In this document: positions 58,202 through 64,000 of the stretch, in pieces
How positions within the stretch are numbered: the first letter of the stretch is position 1
Layout of the letters: the number at the start of each line of letters is the position of its first letter
DNA from: an uncultured virus (IMG/VR IMGVR_UViG_3300011871_000003)
Lineage: Duplodnaviria; Heunggongvirae; Uroviricota; Caudoviricetes
Virus record (IMG/VR): IMGVR_UViG_3300011871_000003
Reading direction: 5' to 3' (one strand)
DNA: 64,000 nucleotides
Made by a program: the position numbers and the translations under genes
The notes under the pieces: generated by a model
The model's database searches: none
The model's input: only the letters and a program-made list of their open reading frames with translations
Told to the model about the DNA's origin: nothing

Positions 58202-59557
58202 ATGAATATTGAATCTTGGTTAAATGAAAAAAGCTTATTACGTAATACAGTATTAAATAACGAAGATTATTACAATAGTCTTGGTCGAGCTGTTATTAAA
58301 TTATGGTCAAGCGATAAAGTTATTGATATTGAAGAAAATATTAAATCCTTTAAAGGAAATGGTTCAGAAAAATATATCATCATCTTAGAAAGAGAAAAAA
58401 GAAAGGTTTCTATTTTCTCTACGAAAGCTAATAAGAATCCTAATATTAAAACATTAAAAGGTTCTTTAGATAATCCACTAGATTCATATGAATCCAACCA
58501 TGATTTTATATTTTCTATCTTTGAAGCTGATTTTAATATTGGAATTTCTCCTAAAGCATTATTAAAAGAAATTGATAATAAATGTAATGGAAATGAAGAT
58601 GAAAATAAAACAGCTATCATGAAAGATGGATTAAAAAAATGTTTATTTAATTGCTCTAACTATATTGATAAGACATCTAATTTTTATAAAGAGTTAAGTA
58701 TATTTTCAGGAGAAGAACTTTATATTGAGCCATTATATGAAGAATCTATATCCGAAGATTTAGGTTTTATTCAAAAAGCATTAAAGGGATTATCTATTAA
58801 ATTGGAAAAAGTATCTTCCGTCTTAACGTCAAAGTCGCAGTTTTTTCATTATGAAACATTTGTAAAAGATGATGTTTTATTTATTCAAGATTTTGATTGG
58901 AGATATGGGATTACTTTAGATAAAGATGGTGTTAATATTTATTCAGACAGTAATAAATTGAGTAAGAAGAAATTTATAGAACAAATAAAATCAGGTGCTT
59001 TGAAAGAGCGACCATTTGAAAATATGCTTTTAAAATGTGTAAATGGTAAAGCTGTTTATGCAGATAAAAAAGGTTTAATGAATGGTTTTGTAGTTATTTT
59101 GAGCACTGTTGCTTATATTTTGGAAAAAGAAGGTTTAATGGATGAAATCATTTATCCTGAAAATATAAAATCTTTTGATTATCAGCTACGTTATCAGAAT
59201 ACGTTATGCTCTTGCTCTAAATTTGAAATGATATCAGCAGCTTTATTAAGAAATGGTGGTGGTTTTGATTATGATGAAAGAGAAAAAGGGTTTGTTTACC
59301 ATCAAACTAATCTTTATATTGAAGATCTTCCTGAAGTATCAGACAAAGAAGAGAAGTTATTGATAGTATCATTCTATAAACAGAAAAGAGACTGGATTTT
59401 AAATAAAGAATGGATAGAAGCTCTTGAGTACTTTATTAATGTATTGAAAGATAAAAAACCGCTACCACTTAGTTGTGATGGAGGAGATACGCGAGAGAAA
59501 GCTCTTAATAATGCAATAGATTTCTGTGAAGATTTATTGTTATTTAATAAAGTTTAA
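58202..59557 (+). CDS. hypothetical protein, diverged member of the same family
   Basis: NGKAVYAD, DYQ, GGGFDY, LNKEW..A..Y match copies 1 and 2. Confidence 0.7.
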   Translation: MNIESWLNEKSLLRNTVLNNEDYYNSLGRAVIKLWSSDKVIDIEENIKSFKGNGSEKYIIILEREKRKVSIFSTKANKNPNIKTLKGSLDNPLDSYESNHDFIFSIFEADFNIGISPKALLKEIDNKCNGNEDENKTAIMKDGLKKCLFNCSNYIDKTSNFYKELSIFSGEELYIEPLYEESISEDLGFIQKALKGLSIKLEKVSSVLTSKSQFFHYETFVKDDVLFIQDFDWRYGITLDKDGVNIYSDSNKLSKKKFIEQIKSGALKERPFENMLLKCVNGKAVYADKKGLMNGFVVILSTVAYILEKEGLMDEIIYPENIKSFDYQLRYQNTLCSCSKFEMISAALLRNGGGFDYDEREKGFVYHQTNLYIEDLPEVSDKEEKLLIVSFYKQKRDWILNKEWIEALEYFINVLKDKKPLPLSCDGGDTREKALNNAIDFCEDLLLFNKV

Positions 59558-59664
59558 AAAATATAGATAATAAAAACAGTCTCCCACGAGGCTGTTTTTA
59601 TTGTTTTAATTGATATACAAATTTCATGATATACTGATGAAAATATTTAAGGAATATTAACCTA

Positions 59665-60681
59665 ATGCAAAATACTAACTTCCTATATGATGCGATAAAT
59701 AAACAAAATGATTTTCGTAGCGTAATAATAAATAAAAGTGATGAGTTTTTTTCTCATTCAGCCTTATTTCCTCTATTAAAAATTAAAGATATAGAGGTGA
59801 AATACATCATTAATGAAGATTCAAATTTATGTTATATTTTTATAAAAAATCAATATGGTAATATTGATGTGTTTGTAGAGGAAGTTAATCCCAATAATAT
59901 AAAAGATGACATATCCTATATAAAATCACGTATAGTTGATGCAACAGAAATGAATCGTGATATTTCTTTAAAGTCAGTATTTAAAAAAACATATCAAAAA
60001 AGTCGTGCTGAAATGAAAGCAGAATTAAAAAGTTTTATTGATGTGATAAAAAATAATAATAATCATGCGGATGAAAAATTTATAAAATCTTTAGAGAAGG
60101 ATTTAATTGAGATAGACACAAAAGAAGTTGACTGTAATGAAATTTGGCCTAGCCCTAATCTTTGGCTTATACAGGATTATGTTCATTTCTTACATAATTA
60201 TATTGAAATTGAAAAATATTCGGATGAGTTTTATCAAAGTTTAGGACAAGATAGTAATATCTTTTTTGAAGGTAAAAAAGAAGACTTTATCAGGAAAAAA
60301 AGAACCATAAAATTGTTCTGTGAAAAAATGGGTTATACAAAAGAACATCCTTTTGATTTCAATGATGCGGATAACTATGTATGGATTGAGAATGACAATT
60401 TAGTAATTGACGATCAAAACTGTACATTCCTTTTTAATGAAGATAATAATAATCTATCCATTTATTTTATTGATAAAGAAATAAACGGAAGTATAAAAAG
60501 TAGGGAAGATTTCGATTTAAAATTAAAAAATAATCAACTATCGTTGAGGAATAAGGTATTAACTATTAAAAATGGAGATGTTGTCTATGCAGATGGAGGA
60601 AGTATGATGTACGTTCTTTCTATGACAATGGATGTAGCTTTACAATCAATGTATAGGTATCTTAAAAAGATTGAAAAATAA
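59665..60681 (+). CDS. hypothetical protein, shorter member of the same family
   Basis: FNDADNYVW...IDDQNCT, NGDVVYADGG. Confidence 0.75.
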   Translation: MQNTNFLYDAINKQNDFRSVIINKSDEFFSHSALFPLLKIKDIEVKYIINEDSNLCYIFIKNQYGNIDVFVEEVNPNNIKDDISYIKSRIVDATEMNRDISLKSVFKKTYQKSRAEMKAELKSFIDVIKNNNNHADEKFIKSLEKDLIEIDTKEVDCNEIWPSPNLWLIQDYVHFLHNYIEIEKYSDEFYQSLGQDSNIFFEGKKEDFIRKKRTIKLFCEKMGYTKEHPFDFNDADNYVWIENDNLVIDDQNCTFLFNEDNNNLSIYFIDKEINGSIKSREDFDLKLKNNQLSLRNKVLTIKNGDVVYADGGSMMYVLSMTMDVALQSMYRYLKKIEK

Positions 60682-60826
60682 ACAGTCTGTTAATAAAAAA
60701 TGGCCCTTCGGGGTCATTTTTGTTAAAAGCATTATCTAAAAATAATAAAAAAAATCATTGTAAAGGAGCTATTATATTGGTATTATATATCTTGTCAAAC
60801 ATTGACGTAACTTTAAAGAGGAAAAA

Positions 60827-61807
60827 ATGAAAGCTGATTCAGCTAGTGGTAGTCCAGTAGGTTCAATTTTAAGAGCATTATTCGCAAACTTTAGTATTGC
60901 GATTATCAAAACAATCACTGCAGTAATGACAGGTTCGGGAGCGATGTTAGCAGAATCTATTCACTCATTTGCTGACTGTGCCAACCAATTACTACTTTTG
61001 TTAGGTTTAAGAGAAGCTAAAGCTCCAGAGAGCGAAGAACATCCATTGGGTCATGGAAGAGTAATGTATTTCTATTCATTGCTTGTAGGTATGATGCTAC
61101 TTCTTGTAGGTGGTGCGTTTTCTGTATATAAAGGATTTGAGCACTTTATTCATCCAGAGCCACTTGAATATGTCGGTTATGCTATTTTAGTATTATTGGC
61201 ATCTATTGCTTTGGAAGGTTATGCTCTTAGAGGTGCGTTAAAGCATATTCAAAAGGAAAGAGCAGGTAAAAGTTTATTTAAGTGGTTTAAAGAAACGAGA
61301 TCTTCAGAAATGTTGATTGTAACGGGTGAAGATATTGCGGCAATTAGTGGTCTTTTATTAGCGTTGTTATCCCTTTGCCTTGCCTATGTGACGGGTGATT
61401 CAAGATGGGATGCTGTAGGTAGCATGATGGTAGGTGGTTTACTTATTATGGTAGCTATCTTTGTTATTAGTGAAATTAAAAGCTTAATTGTTGGTGAATC
61501 AGCAAGTCCTGAAAAAAATGAAGCTATGGAAGAGTTTGTTAAATCCCGACCAGAAATTAAAACATTATATCGTTTAGTTTCTCTACAGTGGGGTGAAAAA
61601 ATCATTGTTTTAGTTCAGGCAGAAATGCATAAAACAGGTAGTGAAATTGGACTTGTTGATGCAACAAACCGCGTAGAGGATAGTCTAAAAGCAGCATTCC
61701 CTGATATTAAGTATATTTATTTTGAGCCTGACCGAAATAAAGAAGTTCATGAATACGAAGATGAAGAAATGGAAGATGAAGTAGAAGTAGAACAAGCAAA
61801 AGCATAA
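60827..61807 (+). CDS. cation diffusion facilitator (CDF) transporter
   Basis: SGAMLAESIHSFAD..NQ, HPLGHGR..Y, ED.AA, FEPD; about 6 TM. Confidence 0.92.
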   Translation: MKADSASGSPVGSILRALFANFSIAIIKTITAVMTGSGAMLAESIHSFADCANQLLLLLGLREAKAPESEEHPLGHGRVMYFYSLLVGMMLLLVGGAFSVYKGFEHFIHPEPLEYVGYAILVLLASIALEGYALRGALKHIQKERAGKSLFKWFKETRSSEMLIVTGEDIAAISGLLLALLSLCLAYVTGDSRWDAVGSMMVGGLLIMVAIFVISEIKSLIVGESASPEKNEAMEEFVKSRPEIKTLYRLVSLQWGEKIIVLVQAEMHKTGSEIGLVDATNRVEDSLKAAFPDIKYIYFEPDRNKEVHEYEDEEMEDEVEVEQAKA

Positions 61808-61837
61808 TAAAGGCTCCTCCGGGAGCCTTTTTATTTA

Positions 61838-62380
61838 TTAAAAATCTTTACATTTTAACATAAACTCTTTAAGTATTTTAAATCCATATTCAACGTTTTG
61901 GATTAAAGTAAAATTATCGTGAGTTTCAACTTCAGTGCAATCTAAAGCATAGTCATAAATCTTATCTTCGCCATGTTGTTTTATGAAGTTATCAAAATCA
62001 TTATTAGCAAATTCTGAGATATCAACCTTTTCATAACCATCCTTATCTATTAAATAAACAAATTCTGTATCGCCATAATACATACGAGAAAGTTGATCTA
62101 CAATAAGATTTAAGGAATCGTCATGATAATAATAAGGAAGATATTCTAATCTAGATAAATCAATCATACGTTTGCCATATTGATAAGCGACATAGTATAG
62201 GCATTGATATAAAGAGGCGTATTGTTCACTAGCCATAGAGGAATATACTGCAATAATTCCTGAATCAAAAGTATCAAATCGAATACAGAAATCAAAATCT
62301 TTAAATTGTTCTTCTAATGTTATTAAAATCTTTTCTTTTGGGGCATCTGCTTTAAGCTCAAGTTTTAATTCATATGACAT
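61838..62380 (-). CDS. hypothetical protein
   Basis: 180 aa, AAGGA RBS, shared terminator 61809-61832. Confidence 0.65.
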   Translation of the reverse strand: MSYELKLELKADAPKEKILITLEEQFKDFDFCIRFDTFDSGIIAVYSSMASEQYASLYQCLYYVAYQYGKRMIDLSRLEYLPYYYHDDSLNLIVDQLSRMYYGDTEFVYLIDKDGYEKVDISEFANNDFDNFIKQHGEDKIYDYALDCTEVETHDNFTLIQNVEYGFKILKEFMLKCKDF

Positions 62381-62509
62381 AAGGCATCCTTAAATTGTTT
62401 TATAATATGATATCATAAGAGTTATGATAAAATCGAAAATATATATAAAGTATTTGTGCAAAACAGAGAATTTTGATATACTATCTCATATAATTTAAAG
62501 GAGTCTATA

Positions 62510-63268
62510 ATGAAGATTAACAATCCTGTAAACCATCAAAGTAAAAACAATGTATCACCATTTGTATTGAATGGTTATGTAGAAGTATCGAATATTTCTC
62601 CCTGCATAGATTCTCTTTTCTTATCATCAAAAAATCTTATCAGTATTTATTATTTGGATAAGGAATGCGGTTTAAATATTAATTTTAAAAAATGGTTGAG
62701 TGTAATTGAAAAACAGGAAAAATTAGAACTAATTAATGAAGCAATAAAAGTATTTTCAAATTTTGTTAATCGTGAATGTTTTTTTGATAATAAAAAATGT
62801 GACCTTTTACATCTTACATTTTGGAAGGCTAAAACTAAAGAAGAGCATATTGCTTTAATTGATAATCATTTGAAAGATTTAAATAAAAGCGGTGAACAAA
62901 GGCTTCGTTCTTTTAGTGAACAACGCTATAAGACTGGTTGGGCATTAATAGATGGTTCCTTGGTAAGTATCGAAGGTGAAGTTAGTGTAATCATTACTCA
63001 AGATTTTACCTCTAAAATTTTCAAAGTGATTTCAGATCATGTTAAAGAGCATTTAGATAATGCTGAAAAAGAACTTGATGAAGTGCTTTCTAATATTGAA
63101 GGTTTTAAAAAGTTCTATAATACCGAAGATACTAAAAAATTCTTAACAGATGTTGTAAATGAGCTTTTTACTTTAGAACGTGATTCTGATAGTGAAAGTT
63201 ATGATCTCAAGAAATTAGAAAACCTAGTTGAAGATTATCTACTGTTGAAAAAAGTCAAAGTATGGTGA
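62510..63268 (+). CDS. hypothetical protein, paralog of 63355 gene
   Basis: promoter TTGTGC 62454-N17-TATACT; DHVKEHLDNA motif. Confidence 0.7.
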   Translation: MKINNPVNHQSKNNVSPFVLNGYVEVSNISPCIDSLFLSSKNLISIYYLDKECGLNINFKKWLSVIEKQEKLELINEAIKVFSNFVNRECFFDNKKCDLLHLTFWKAKTKEEHIALIDNHLKDLNKSGEQRLRSFSEQRYKTGWALIDGSLVSIEGEVSVIITQDFTSKIFKVISDHVKEHLDNAEKELDEVLSNIEGFKKFYNTEDTKKFLTDVVNELFTLERDSDSESYDLKKLENLVEDYLLLKKVKVW

Positions 63269-63354
63269 TTTAAGCTCCTGCGGGAGCTTTTTCATTGTAC
63301 TTCATTAGTGAATAAGTTATAATGAGACAACAAACTAACTACTATGGTAAAAAT

Positions 63355-64000
63355 ATGATTATTTATGAATCTTTTGGTTTTGGTGATCCGAAGAAGGTGT
63401 CAACAAAGGTGACAGAAGGTCTGATTCTTGTTTCCGATGTTGCTCCTTTTATTGATTCTCTTAAGTTTAGTTGGATGGATCTTCATTTATTGAAAGAGAT
63501 AAGAGGGCAAGAAATCAATATTGATTTTGATAAATGGTTAACACTGCTAAAAAAAGAGCAAGATCTTGGTTATATTTTCGCTGCTGTCCGAGCTTTAAAA
63601 AATTCATTAGCTTACGAAGCTTATATTGATGATAATAATGAATTGGTTTTTTCTTTTGATATTAAGTTTCATGATGGAGAAAAAGATTCTGTGGCAGAGT
63701 TTTATTCTTTGTTGAATAAAGGAAAATCACAAGAAGTTAAATCAATGAAGTTTGATAAAAATAATGAATGGAAAGTTAAGGATGACGAACTTGTTACTTC
63801 TGTAGAAGGTTTGGAGCTTAAAATTTCTAAAGATAAAAAAGATGAACTGTTTAAAATGATTGCCGATCATGTTAATCAGCATTTAGATAATGCTATCGAA
63901 AATGTTGAAGAATCTTTAAAACGTAATAAATTCTGGTCAGCTTTATACAAAAAAGCGAACCAAGAAAAGATTATTGAATTGTTCAACAAAGAAAAAGAAA
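63355..64000 (+). CDS. hypothetical protein (runs off window), paralog of 62510 gene
   Basis: MIIYESFGFG..., VSDVAPFIDSL, INIDFDKWL, DHVNQHLDNA; open to window end. Confidence 0.7.
   Translation, partial: MIIYESFGFGDPKKVSTKVTEGLILVSDVAPFIDSLKFSWMDLHLLKEIRGQEINIDFDKWLTLLKKEQDLGYIFAAVRALKNSLAYEAYIDDNNELVFSFDIKFHDGEKDSVAEFYSLLNKGKSQEVKSMKFDKNNEWKVKDDELVTSVEGLELKISKDKKDELFKMIADHVNQHLDNAIENVEESLKRNKFWSALYKKANQEKIIELFNKEKE

Noticed and set aside
1..64000. CRISPR array
   Set aside because: No regularly spaced direct repeats with unique spacers found; repeats seen are coding Ser-rich units, promoters and terminators.
1..64000. Stop-codon reassignment as in some large phages
   Set aside because: Recognisable genes are full length under the standard bacterial code and coding density is high; no suppressor tRNA seen.

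Overview
Very AT-rich (roughly 25-30% GC by eye), gene-dense segment of what looks like a large extrachromosomal element (jumbo-phage-like or megaplasmid/phage-plasmid) of a gammaproteobacterial, probably enterobacterial, host. No virion, replication or integration genes lie in the window, so the replicon type is inference. The backbone is mostly + strand short hypothetical genes in small units, many with a shared TTGTGC-N17-TATAAT promoter and an intrinsic terminator. It also carries two canonical tRNAs (Arg-CCT, Phe-GAA), one aberrant tRNA-like gene, two candidate structured ncRNAs and several local paralog families. Recognisable enzymes include a YfaE-like ferredoxin, DPP III, an RlmN-like radical SAM protein, NUDIX, GNATs, a DNA methylase, a polysaccharide deacetylase and a CDF transporter. 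The standout is a cell-surface module of eight type IV prepilin-like genes with no pilus assembly genes in the window. Three of these are pilins fused to long Ser-X dipeptide stalks, like Gram-positive serine-rich repeat adhesins, each with a different C-terminal domain. They are clustered with two GtrII-like membrane glycosyltransferases and two lipoprotein serine proteases. Consensus-like FNR, CRP and OmpR sites sit upstream of several accessory genes. Three N-gaps are present (9329-9417, 22371-22380, 43216-43311). All family calls are from motif recognition, not database searches.
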